A DNA stretch of 57,290 nt from positions 1-57,290 of the forward strand of contig DUPU01000107.1 of NCBI GenBank assembly GCA_012838175.1, written 5' to 3'. This document shows, one piece after another, positions 19,510-27,747 of the stretch. Position numbers and translations under genes: made by a program. This DNA comes from Clostridia bacterium (GTDB lineage: Bacteria > Bacillota > Dehalobacteriia > Dehalobacteriales > Dehalobacteriaceae). The stretch's first letter is position 1; each line of letters starts with the position of its first letter. The notes beneath the pieces were generated by a model that was not told the origin of the DNA, made no database searches, and was given only the letters and a program-made list of their open reading frames with translations.

Positions 19510-20472
19510 TTACCCGCCGATGGTATTCATCATTCTACCCTGGCTGCCTAATTGATGCTCCCGGGGTTTTATCTCCATCACCTGCCTTATCAGCCTTTTG
19601 ATATTCTCCTGAGAATCCCCGTTTCTCAAGGCATTAAAACAGCTAACATAATTTGTTCCATGGAGGCAGGGATAAATCCTGCCATCTGCCGTGAGGCGCA
19701 CCCGGTTACACCTATCGCAAATATGCTGACTAATGGCACTGATAAAACCCACCGTCCCTTGGAAACCATCAATGCGCCACTTTTCCGCCGGACCGTTTCC
19801 TATAATTTCCGCCGGAACCAACGACCCCAGTCTTTCTATTTGTTTTTTGGTTTCTTTGGTACTGACAAAGCTATCTGCTCCCCAGATACTTCCCGCTCCT
19901 ATCGGCATTAATTCAATAAATCGAACATGTAAAGGCTGGTTCTTGGCAAGCAAGGCTAAATCCATCACTTCATCATCATTAAACCCTTTAACTACTACCA
20001 CATTCAGCTTCACCGGCTCTAAGCCCGCTTGGAAAGCGGCGTCTATACCCTGAAAAACCTTCCGGATATCCCCTCCCCGGGTGATCCAAGCATATTTCTC
20101 CTTATCCAGTGAATCCAAGCTGATATTAATCCGGGATATCCCGGATTCTTTCAATTCTCCCGCCATCTTTTTTAATAATATCCCGTTGGTAGTGAGACTG
20201 ATTTCTTCAAACCCCAGCATATTCATATCCTGAATAAAGGAAAGCAACCCTTTGCGCACCAAAGGTTCCCCCCCGGTGATGCGCACCCTGTCCACACCCT
20301 CATCTTTAAAAGCCTGAACCATACGGAGAAGCTCTTCCCAGCGTAGGATCCCGTCATGGCTCTTAATCTCCACTCCGGTTTCCGGCATACAATACCGGCA
20401 CCTTAAATTGCACTTATCTGTAACAGAAATTCTTAGATAATTAATTCTCCTCTGATATTTGTCTACCAGCAT
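19510..20472 (-). CDS. moaA: GTP 3',8-cyclase MoaA (radical SAM, molybdenum cofactor biosynthesis)
   Basis: 320 aa. CNLRCRYCMP radical-SAM motif and a C-terminal CxxCxxxxxxxxxxxxxC auxiliary cluster (CDRCNRVRLTADGRIYPC). Confidence 0.93.
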   Translation of the reverse strand: MLVDKYQRRINYLRISVTDKCNLRCRYCMPETGVEIKSHDGILRWEELLRMVQAFKDEGVDRVRITGGEPLVRKGLLSFIQDMNMLGFEEISLTTNGILLKKMAGELKESGISRINISLDSLDKEKYAWITRGGDIRKVFQGIDAAFQAGLEPVKLNVVVVKGFNDDEVMDLALLAKNQPLHVRFIELMPIGAGSIWGADSFVSTKETKKQIERLGSLVPAEIIGNGPAEKWRIDGFQGTVGFISAISQHICDRCNRVRLTADGRIYPCLHGTNYVSCFNALRNGDSQENIKRLIRQVMEIKPREHQLGSQGRMMNTIGG

Positions 20473-20582
20473 TCTTGTTCCCCCATCCCAAATTTGGGCC
20501 TGCTTGTCCTAATTTGCATTATCCCATGATGTAATATATTTATCGGGGTTGGAAATTTCCTCCTAGCTCACTTTCTTACAGG

Positions 20583-20762
20583 TTAAAAGCATCCTAACTG
20601 ACATTTGGTAATCTTTATCCCTAACTGGTTGGCAGCTTCTCCTATTATCGCAAGAGAAATATTTAATTTTTCTCCGATGTGATGAGCTTTGACACAGGTA
20701 AGTTTTCCATCCTCGGCCGCCTCTTTAACGGCATTAAGTACTTCTGCAGATATATGTTCCAT
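20583..20762 (-). CDS. Small hypothetical protein (59 aa) ending in KCQLGCF
   Basis: Missing from the track. The ATG at 20760-20762 is preceded by GGGGAGGT. Translation: MEHISAEVLNAVKEAAEDGKLTCVKAHHIGEKLNISLAIIGEAANQLGIKITKCQLGCF. Overlaps the kinase 3' end by 29 nt. Confidence 0.5.
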   Translation of the reverse strand: MEHISAEVLNAVKEAAEDGKLTCVKAHHIGEKLNISLAIIGEAANQLGIKITKCQLGCF

Positions 20763-21858
20763 AATTATAACCTCCCCTTTTAATATTCTTGATTTTTTTC
20801 TTCATACCTGCTGTTTCAGGTAAAATTATCGTAAATTTAGTCCCTTTCCCTAAGGAACTTTCCACCTCAATCCGCCCCCCATGATCTTGGACAATTCTGT
20901 AGCTTACCGTCAATCCTAATCCGGTCCCTTCTTCCTTGGTCGTAAAAAAAGGACTGCCGATTTGGCTCAAGGTTTTTTCGTCCATGCCGATACCATTATC
21001 TAAAATACTAATGCAAGCCTCCCGAAAACGATAGCTAAACCAAGAACGGATTCGGATGGTACCCCCGTCGGTTATTGCCGCCAAAGCATTTGATAGAATA
21101 TTAATTAAAACCTGTTTTATGCGAGACTCGTCCACCATTATCAAAGGCATTTTGGAACTTAGTTTCTTTTCAATCACTACATTGCGCAATATTGCCTCAC
21201 TATCTGCCAGCATAATTACTTCATTGATAATCTGATTGATGTTTTTGCTTTCAAATTTAGAGGCAGGCGGCCGGACCAGTTGCAAGTATTCCTTAATTAT
21301 GGAATTAATCCGGTTAATCTCGCTGATAATTATTTCCGAATAAGAAGATATTTCTTGATTCTCCTTGTTCTTTTCCTGCAAAAGCTGGACGAAGCCTTTA
21401 ATGGATTGAAGAGGATTTCTAATTTCATGACATATACCCGCTGCCATTTGGCCCACCAGAACAAGAGATTCCTTGCGCTGTACCTGTTCTTCAAAAATCT
21501 TTTCAATAGAACAATCACTAAAAAACATTAATATCCCTGTCCATCCTTCCCCTGTCTTCAGCAAGCGAGTTGAAATCCTGACGACACTCTTATTTCCTTG
21601 GACCAAACAGCCTAATTCCACCCGGTCATAAAAAATTCCCCGTTTCAGGGCATCCCCAATGAAATCAAACAAATTGCCTTTGTTGTCTAATGATACCCTG
21701 GGACAAGATACCTCCTGATAAGAACGGCCAATAACTTTACCTTTTTCCAAACCTAATAATTTTTCGGCAGCGGCATTGATATAGGTAATAATTCCTTGGC
21801 AATCAGTGAAAATTATTCCTTCCGGAAGTTGATCCAAAACTCCGGACCATTGTAACAT
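20734..21858 (-). CDS. Soluble PAS-domain sensor histidine kinase (orphan)
   Basis: 374 aa. N-terminal PAS (GIIFTDCQGIITYINAAAEKLLG). H-box CHEIRNPLQSI. N and G boxes (NALAAI, DNGIGMD, GTGLGL). No TM segment and no adjacent response regulator. Confidence 0.88.
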   Translation of the reverse strand: MLQWSGVLDQLPEGIIFTDCQGIITYINAAAEKLLGLEKGKVIGRSYQEVSCPRVSLDNKGNLFDFIGDALKRGIFYDRVELGCLVQGNKSVVRISTRLLKTGEGWTGILMFFSDCSIEKIFEEQVQRKESLVLVGQMAAGICHEIRNPLQSIKGFVQLLQEKNKENQEISSYSEIIISEINRINSIIKEYLQLVRPPASKFESKNINQIINEVIMLADSEAILRNVVIEKKLSSKMPLIMVDESRIKQVLINILSNALAAITDGGTIRIRSWFSYRFREACISILDNGIGMDEKTLSQIGSPFFTTKEEGTGLGLTVSYRIVQDHGGRIEVESSLGKGTKFTIILPETAGMKKKIKNIKRGGYNYGTYICRST

Positions 21859-21965
21859 AAAACCACTCCTATTTCCAGATTCAAGAAAATATGGTGGTAA
21901 TTAATTCTAGACGGTCTTTTTTTTTCCTTTAGTAATATTCCAACATCATTCGCCAAGGCAAGACA

Positions 21966-22532
21966 TCAGCGGCAATAACCGTTTTCTTCCGTAATGACCA
22001 TATCCATGGGAATATCATAGACATCAGGGACTAATTCCGGAACGATTTGCACTTGAAAGGCTACAGCAATTTTTGGAGTATTTTCTCTTAATTTTGGTAA
22101 AAAACGGTCATAATAACCTCCCCCGTAACCCAATCGATTACATGCGGGATCAAAAGCCACACCGGGGATAATCACACAATCAATATCTCGGGGAGATACA
22201 GGACGCATTTTATCTTTCTTGGGTTCTAAAATTCCCCAAGTCCCTGGTTCCAGGTCATCCGCCAAGTCTATTATTTCCGAAGGAATTATGGCAATATTGG
22301 GTGGATCACAGACAGGAATCACCAGTCTTTTCCCTTCTGCCCATAAAAAACGAAAAAGAGGCTTTACATCCACCTCATTGCGAATAGGTAGGTAAGCCAT
22401 AACCGCCTGAGCCTTTTTAAACTCCGCCAGATTTAATATTTTTTCACAAATCATGGCGCTCTTTTCTTCTACTTGTCGGTGGTCTAAAGACATTCTCGCT
22501 TTTAATATATTTTTTCTCATTTGTTTTTTCAT
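21966..22532 (-). CDS. 5-formyltetrahydrofolate cyclo-ligase
   Basis: 188 aa. Family-typical sequence (MRKNILKARMSL...VIIPGVAFDPACNRLGYGGGYYDRFL). Confidence 0.88.
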   Translation of the reverse strand: MKKQMRKNILKARMSLDHRQVEEKSAMICEKILNLAEFKKAQAVMAYLPIRNEVDVKPLFRFLWAEGKRLVIPVCDPPNIAIIPSEIIDLADDLEPGTWGILEPKKDKMRPVSPRDIDCVIIPGVAFDPACNRLGYGGGYYDRFLPKLRENTPKIAVAFQVQIVPELVPDVYDIPMDMVITEENGYCR

Positions 22533-22568
22533 ATTTTCCCCCCTAACAAACCTCTTTTTTTTATATCT

Positions 22569-23909
22569 TTATATCACGATTACTTGTACCCCGGCTTTTT
22601 CCTCCAATTCTTTATAGGAGCGCCCGGTTAGATCCCTGCCCAGATAATCAAAGGCTTCTCTGGGAAGAAGGATTAATTCCGGCCGATCTTTTATTTCCCG
22701 GTACTCACCATAGGCGGTATAAAAATCATTAATTGTCAACAACCCGGCAGCTCCGATAGAACCGCCAAAAAAATTATTATTTACCGGCTGAATATTTAAG
22801 AGTTCTTTTTGCCTTACGGTTTTTTTCAGAGCTTTTAGGGTATTTTGAGCCAATAGGGAGCACAGCATTACCGCCGGACCGGAAAGCCTTTTTACCATGC
22901 TTTCAATTCTATCCCATCTCTCCATATCAAAATCATATTCCATTACCAGTCCGGACTTTTCATTTCTTTTGTTTTGCCAGGCTAACTCCAGAACCCTGCC
23001 CTCTCGTTCCACTTTTATATGGATTTTTCCCGGTTCCTGAGCCAACTCCCATGCCTCTACCCGGGACCGGGGTATCCGGCCGTTAATATCAAGAATCAGA
23101 TCCCCTCTTTTGATCCCTGCCTGATAGGCTTTTGATCCTCTCAGCGCACCGGCGGTGACAGGTTTTAAATCATTAATCATCGGCGGTTCAAGCAAAAGGG
23201 GACAGGATGCTGTTTCTGCCAGGGGATAAATAAAATCGGCCAGTTCCCGGTGCATTACTTCCGGAATAAATTTAAGCTCTGAGCAGGCATTTTTCCCGTA
23301 TCCCGCCATTAAAATCCTCACAGTTAATGCTCCGCATTGGCAGAGATAATCTATCGTTGTTCTCAGGTCAGCCCAACCCACTAAATGGGGCATGGCCACC
23401 ATGCTCCCATGAAAAGGAATGCCGGCCCGGTGCAAAAGTTCCACACTTTTAATCCCTTTTTCAGCCTGGCCTTCCCTTTCCCCCATTAAGATTTTTCTCC
23501 CTCTGACGGTAGCGCTGTTTAAAGAAACATTAATTTCCACCGGCATTGCTTCCTGCAAAATATGGATCATCCCTCTATTAATCCGGTGGCCGTTGGTGGT
23601 CAGGGAAATCACGGTATGAGGATATTTTTCTCGGATTAATTTTATTATTTGGGGAAATTGGGGATGGGAAAAAGGCTCTCCTTCAATAATGTTTGTCGCG
23701 GATTCGCCTATAACAATTTTTTTATTCCCGTCCAAGAATAACAAAGTCCTTTCCACCTCTTCCAGGGTGCGGGGAGGAATTTCCACAATTCTTACCTGGG
23801 GAGGATTATACCGGTGGCTGCAAAACACACATTTCGCATCACAACGGGAAGTAAGGGGTAAGATATTAAATTCCTGAGCGGAATGCAAAATCAATTGTTC
23901 TGTTTCCAA
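22569..23909 (-). CDS. Radical SAM protein with internal PDZ domain (DUF512-like)
   Basis: 446 aa. CDAKCVFCSH CxxxCxxC motif. PDZ-like segment GSKAYQAGIKRGDLILDINGR. Function unknown. Confidence 0.75.
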   Translation of the reverse strand: METEQLILHSAQEFNILPLTSRCDAKCVFCSHRYNPPQVRIVEIPPRTLEEVERTLLFLDGNKKIVIGESATNIIEGEPFSHPQFPQIIKLIREKYPHTVISLTTNGHRINRGMIHILQEAMPVEINVSLNSATVRGRKILMGEREGQAEKGIKSVELLHRAGIPFHGSMVAMPHLVGWADLRTTIDYLCQCGALTVRILMAGYGKNACSELKFIPEVMHRELADFIYPLAETASCPLLLEPPMINDLKPVTAGALRGSKAYQAGIKRGDLILDINGRIPRSRVEAWELAQEPGKIHIKVEREGRVLELAWQNKRNEKSGLVMEYDFDMERWDRIESMVKRLSGPAVMLCSLLAQNTLKALKKTVRQKELLNIQPVNNNFFGGSIGAAGLLTINDFYTAYGEYREIKDRPELILLPREAFDYLGRDLTGRSYKELEEKAGVQVIVI

Positions 23910-23928
23910 AAACTAAACTCCTTATATA

Positions 23929-24387
23929 TTATTTATTTTTTATAATTTCCTCAATTTCCTCTGCCAAAACCTCTTGGGTTACAATTCCTCCATACTGTTT
24001 AACTACCTGGCCTTTACCGTCAATCAGAATAATTGTGGGTAAAGCTATATACCAAAGCTGAAAATCCTGGGCCAGTTTCGTTACAGCCGAATTGTCCTTA
24101 TCCACATCAATCACCAGAAAAACAACTTCATTTTGATACTGTTCAGAAAGAGCCTGAATCACGGGCTCCATTACCACACAGTCAGGTCAGTACCGGCCGT
24201 AAAATTCTATTAAAATAGGCTTATGGTTATTTATCGCCTCGTCATATATTTCTAAATAATTTTTATCCTCAATACTTTTATCCTCGATATGTCTTCCAGA
24301 CATCAGTTTCCCGGAAGGACGAAAAATAATCACCGCCACCGCCCCCAGGATGAATAAAACCAAAATTACCCTTGTATATTTATTCAT
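23929..24387 (-). CDS. Membrane-anchored thioredoxin-like protein with in-frame TGA (candidate selenocysteine, U-P-D-C redox motif)
   Basis: Track ORFs 24187..24411 and 23929..24177 are in the same frame, separated only by TGA at 24187-24189. The joined sequence reads ...KPILIEFYGRY-U-PDCVVMEPV...LPTIILIDGKG (thioredoxin fold with a cis-Pro loop). A hairpin follows the TGA. Probable start is MNKYTRV (24387), after GGGGAG. A nonsense-mutation pseudogene is the alternative. Confidence 0.6.
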
Positions 24388-24498
24388 TACATTTCTCCCC
24401 ACTATTTCCATAAACAGGTTTTAATGTTAAAACCTATTTATTTATTTCCCCATTAGAACAATATTTTTTCCTTTGTCAAGAGTTAATCAATATTTAAC

Positions 24499-24675
24499 TT
24501 ATCAACATGGATATCCACAGGGTTTGTCCCACTTTAGCTGGCCTTTTATAATTTATTCACATTTTTTCCCGATCTTATCCCATCTTTCGACAAGATTTTT
24601 TCCACACCCTTTTTTCCCCGTCGCTCTACGTTATGCACAAACCTATCCACATTATCCACAGCTTTTTCATCCACA
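24499..24675 (+). promoter_or_regulatory. DnaA-box cluster (7 co-oriented boxes)
   Basis: TTATCAACA 24499; ATATCCACA 24511; TTTTCCACA 24598; TTATGCACA 24631; CTATCCACA 24643; TTATCCACA 24652 (perfect); TCATCCACA 24667. Each has at most one mismatch to TTATCCACA. Confidence 0.75.
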
Positions 24676-24740
24676 AAACACTTGTTCCTCTTTTTATGCA
24701 CTCTTTGAGTTTTTTACTGAAATACACTTTGTATCTGTAT

Positions 24741-25757
24741 TTATATTGTGAATAATGATAAATTTGGTACTGCATTTAAGGTCAAATCAGAAAACTCTCC
24801 TTTTAGGTATTTATAATAAGCGGCGCAGCCAATCATGGCTGCATTGTCCGTACATAAAACCGGAGAAGGCCAAAACACTTGGATATTTTCCCTGGCCCCT
24901 CGAGCTTGAAGCATTTCCCTTAAGCGTCGGTTAGCTGCCACGCCACCCGCTAACAAAACCTTATCTACTCCTTTCATTTTTGCTGCCGCCACAGCTTTAA
25001 CAGATAATACCTCACCGATGGCTTCCTGCAATCCCGCCGCAATATCCGGGACGTTGTAAGGCTCATTCTTCATTTTACATTTATTTAAATAATTCAGTAC
25101 AGAAGATTTTAAGCCGCTGAAACTAAAATCGAAACTACCCTCTTCCAGCCATGCCCTGGGAAAAACCAACCTCTCCTTATCACCCTGCATCGCCGCTTCC
25201 TGAATCGCCGGCCCGCCCGGATATCCTAGTCCCAGATGCCGAGCGACTTTGTCAAAGGCCTCCCCGGCCGCATCATCCCTTGTTTGCCCTAAAAGGACAT
25301 ATTCCCCTCGCCGAGGTAAATATACCAAACTGGTATGTCCTCCGGAAACAACCAATGCCACCAAAGGAAAGGTCAATTCCGGATACTCCAAAAAACCGGC
25401 ATTGATATGTCCCTCTAAATGGTGCACTCCAATAACAGGTTTCTCAAGGGCCAAAGCAGCTGCTTTGGCGTAGGAAAGGCCTACCAGCAAAGCACCCACT
25501 AAGCCTGGTCCGTAAGTAACTCCTATCCCGTCAATTTCACGAAAACTCATCCCCGCCTCGGCAAGGGCTTCTTGCACAACATAGGGCAGGGCTTCCAAGT
25601 GCTTGCGGGAGGCAATTTCCGGAACAACCCCGCCAAACTTTTTATGTATATTAATTTGGGAAGAAATAATATTGGATTTTATCTCCCGGCCATCGGTAAT
25701 CACAGCGGCAGAAGAATCATCACAGCTGGTTTCAATGGCCAAAATGTTTACAGCCAT
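24741..25757 (-). CDS. tsaD: tRNA N6-adenosine threonylcarbamoyltransferase TsaD (Gcp/Kae1)
   Basis: 338 aa. [11 protein letters not shown]...GVHHLEGH metal-binding motif. Confidence 0.95.
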   Translation of the reverse strand: MAVNILAIETSCDDSSAAVITDGREIKSNIISSQINIHKKFGGVVPEIASRKHLEALPYVVQEALAEAGMSFREIDGIGVTYGPGLVGALLVGLSYAKAAALALEKPVIGVHHLEGHINAGFLEYPELTFPLVALVVSGGHTSLVYLPRRGEYVLLGQTRDDAAGEAFDKVARHLGLGYPGGPAIQEAAMQGDKERLVFPRAWLEEGSFDFSFSGLKSSVLNYLNKCKMKNEPYNVPDIAAGLQEAIGEVLSVKAVAAAKMKGVDKVLLAGGVAANRRLREMLQARGARENIQVFWPSPVLCTDNAAMIGCAAYYKYLKGEFSDLTLNAVPNLSLFTI

Positions 25758-25855
25758 ATCTTTCTCCTTTAAACATTAGTCCAAAGTTATTAACAAAGGG
25801 CCTGATTTTTTGTTAGAAATATGCCAAAGAAGCCCCAAAGGGCTTCTCTCATAGA

Positions 25856-25975
25856 CTATGAAAAATAAAGGGTTAATGCAATTACCCCAACTAGGAAAAT
25901 ACCAAAGACCAAATATCCTCGGCAGAAATATTTGGGTACATCCTCCAGAGTTTTGGGAATTGGATAATCCCTCAT
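25856..25975 (-). CDS. Possible 39-aa small membrane protein translationally coupled to rimI
   Basis: The ATG overlaps the rimI stop (TAATG). Translation: MRDYPIPKTLEDVPKYFCRGYLVFGIFLVGVIALTLYFS, with a C-terminal hydrophobic helix. A hairpin follows at about 25826-25850. No independent RBS. Confidence 0.3.
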   Translation of the reverse strand: MRDYPIPKTLEDVPKYFCRGYLVFGIFLVGVIALTLYFS

Positions 25976-26505
25976 TAATTGGACTTCATTTTCGTGTCCG
26001 GACATTCCATACCCTCCTTTTCAGAAAAATCCCTGATTATATTGTCACAAATTAAAGTCTTCCACATAATGATAGCATCTTCTTTGGTATCTGTATAGTA
26101 TCCCTTGCGTCGGCCCGCTGCCTGAAAGCCCATTCTTTGATACAATTTAATTGCAGAAAGATTGGAGGGTCGTACCTCTAAAGTCATGCGGCACACTCCT
26201 AGACTCAAAGCTTTGCTGATTAAATAAAAGATTATTCCTTGGCCGATTCTTTTCCCCCTGTGTTCCGGATGCACAGCCACATTGGTAATATGAGCCTCAT
26301 CCAGGATAATCCACATCCCACCATACCCAATAACCTTTTCATCAAGCATGCAAACAATATAATAAGCCATAGAATTATCATGGAGCTCACTTAAAAAAGA
26401 CTGTTTGCTCCAGGGGGTGGGAAAAGAAACTCGCTCAATTTCCAAAACCTGGTCCAGGTATTCAGCTCTTAAAGGTACATATTTTAACTGACCTATCATG
26501 GACAT
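25975..26505 (-). CDS. rimI: Ribosomal-protein-alanine N-acetyltransferase RimI (GNAT)
   Basis: 176 aa. GNAT motif VHPEHRGKRIGQ. Lies between tsaB and tsaD as in the conserved tsaE-tsaB-rimI-tsaD cluster. Confidence 0.88.
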   Translation of the reverse strand: MSMIGQLKYVPLRAEYLDQVLEIERVSFPTPWSKQSFLSELHDNSMAYYIVCMLDEKVIGYGGMWIILDEAHITNVAVHPEHRGKRIGQGIIFYLISKALSLGVCRMTLEVRPSNLSAIKLYQRMGFQAAGRRKGYYTDTKEDAIIMWKTLICDNIIRDFSEKEGMECPDTKMKSN

Positions 26506-27218
26506 TTCTCTCCGTGTTTTTCAGCCCATTTAACTTCCGCCTCTGAAGGCCTTAAATAAAAGGGTTTTATTTCAAATAAATTTGTATTAACTCCCTGAGC
26601 AAACTTTTTCCGTCCCAGGTTAGCCACTTCTGCAGCCCGGAGAAGGTTTTGCGTCATGGGGGCAAAATTAGCTTTTTCTTTTAGAGTATCTTTAATCATA
26701 CACTGATATACCGAAACTCCATCTCCCAAGAATGTTATACTTTCTTCCAGAGGCAAAAGCTCCTGAAGCAAAATTTCCGGTGCTACCGCCCGGTAAGGCG
26801 TCAGGCGTTCCCTTTCGTGTCCCCTGCACCGATAAAGGGCGGTATATACCTCATTTTTCCGGGCATCAAGTATGGGGCAAATAAGTCCCGGGATTCCGGC
26901 CAAGTTCTCTGCTAAAGCATCCAATGTCACAATACCCGCGACCGGTTTATCCAAAACCTGAGCTAATCCCTGAACTGTGGCCAATCCGATGCGCAGGCCG
27001 GTAAAAGACCCCGGTCCGATGGTAACAGCCAGGCCGTATATGTCATCCCATGAAAAATCCCCATTCTTCAGGAGGCTGTCCAATAAAGGCAGCAGCCTCT
27101 GGGAATGAGTCTTCCCGGTATTCAGCCAACTCTCAGCCAATACACCCGTTTCATCAACAATCGCTACGCCGGCAACTTTCGTCGCCGTATCAATTCCTAG
27201 TATTTTCACTTTCTTCAA
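26496..27218 (-). CDS. tsaB: tRNA threonylcarbamoyladenosine biosynthesis protein TsaB
   Basis: 240 aa. ILGIDTATKVAGVAIV...GPGSFTGLRIG. Confidence 0.9.
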   Translation of the reverse strand: MKKVKILGIDTATKVAGVAIVDETGVLAESWLNTGKTHSQRLLPLLDSLLKNGDFSWDDIYGLAVTIGPGSFTGLRIGLATVQGLAQVLDKPVAGIVTLDALAENLAGIPGLICPILDARKNEVYTALYRCRGHERERLTPYRAVAPEILLQELLPLEESITFLGDGVSVYQCMIKDTLKEKANFAPMTQNLLRAAEVANLGRKKFAQGVNTNLFEIKPFYLRPSEAEVKWAEKHGEKCP

Positions 27219-27678
27219 ACTCTCCGATCACATTTTCCCATTCAGATCCCACCGGGAAAAAACTAATAACCCGTATTTCCTGGCCTGATTCATCCCATTC
27301 CTTATCCAAGTGAATTCTAAGGAAGGATGAAGGCAAATAATCCTGTATTCGCTCCGGCCATTCAATCAAAACCACTCCGGACGAATTAAAATACTCTTCC
27401 AGTCCCAATTCATCTATTTCACCTGTACCTTCCAACCGATAGGCATCAATATGATAAAAAGGCAAATGCCCTTGATACTCGTTAATAATAGTAAAAGTGG
27501 GACTGGTGACATGTTCTTTAACCCCTAATCCCTTTGCCACACCCTGGGCAAAAAGGGTTTTCCCTGCACCTAGTTCTCCCGTTAAAGCAACCACCGTTCC
27601 CGGATAAAGAAAGGCCGCTAAGCGTTCCCCCAGGGCAAAAGTTTCCTCCGGCTCTTTTGTTTGCATCGTAAACAACAC
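27190..27678 (-). CDS. tsaE: tRNA threonylcarbamoyladenosine biosynthesis ATPase TsaE
   Basis: 162 aa. Walker A GELGAGKT. SPTFTI and HIDAYR motifs. Confidence 0.92.
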   Translation of the reverse strand: MLFTMQTKEPEETFALGERLAAFLYPGTVVALTGELGAGKTLFAQGVAKGLGVKEHVTSPTFTIINEYQGHLPFYHIDAYRLEGTGEIDELGLEEYFNSSGVVLIEWPERIQDYLPSSFLRIHLDKEWDESGQEIRVISFFPVGSEWENVIGEFEESENTRN

Positions 27679-27747
27679 ATTTTCCTCCGAAAAAATCTCT
27701 CTAATCTCTTTTCATTATAACCAATTTAGATAATCTTAGACAGTGGC

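Noticed and set aside
20473-20582. Moco riboswitch upstream of moaA
   Set aside because: I looked for the conserved Moco-RNA blocks (GCCUCCGAG-like and GGAAAGG-type elements) on the minus strand and did not find them. Only a short CCCAAATTTGGG palindrome near the RBS is present. A covariance-model scan (RF01055) would settle it.
24412-24740. Possibility that the DnaA-box cluster is the chromosomal origin (oriC)
   Set aside because: There is no dnaA, dnaN or rpmH nearby. The flanking genes (tsaD and a thioredoxin-like gene) are not origin-type genes. I could not identify an AT-rich 13-mer-type unwinding element next to the boxes. A secondary DnaA-box cluster is the more conservative reading.
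24473-24751. 92-aa plus-strand ORF covering the tsaD-downstream intergenic region
   Set aside because: It has no RBS, and its His/Pro/Phe-rich, low-complexity translation is produced by the repeated TTATCCACA-like boxes. The region is better explained as a DnaA-box cluster.
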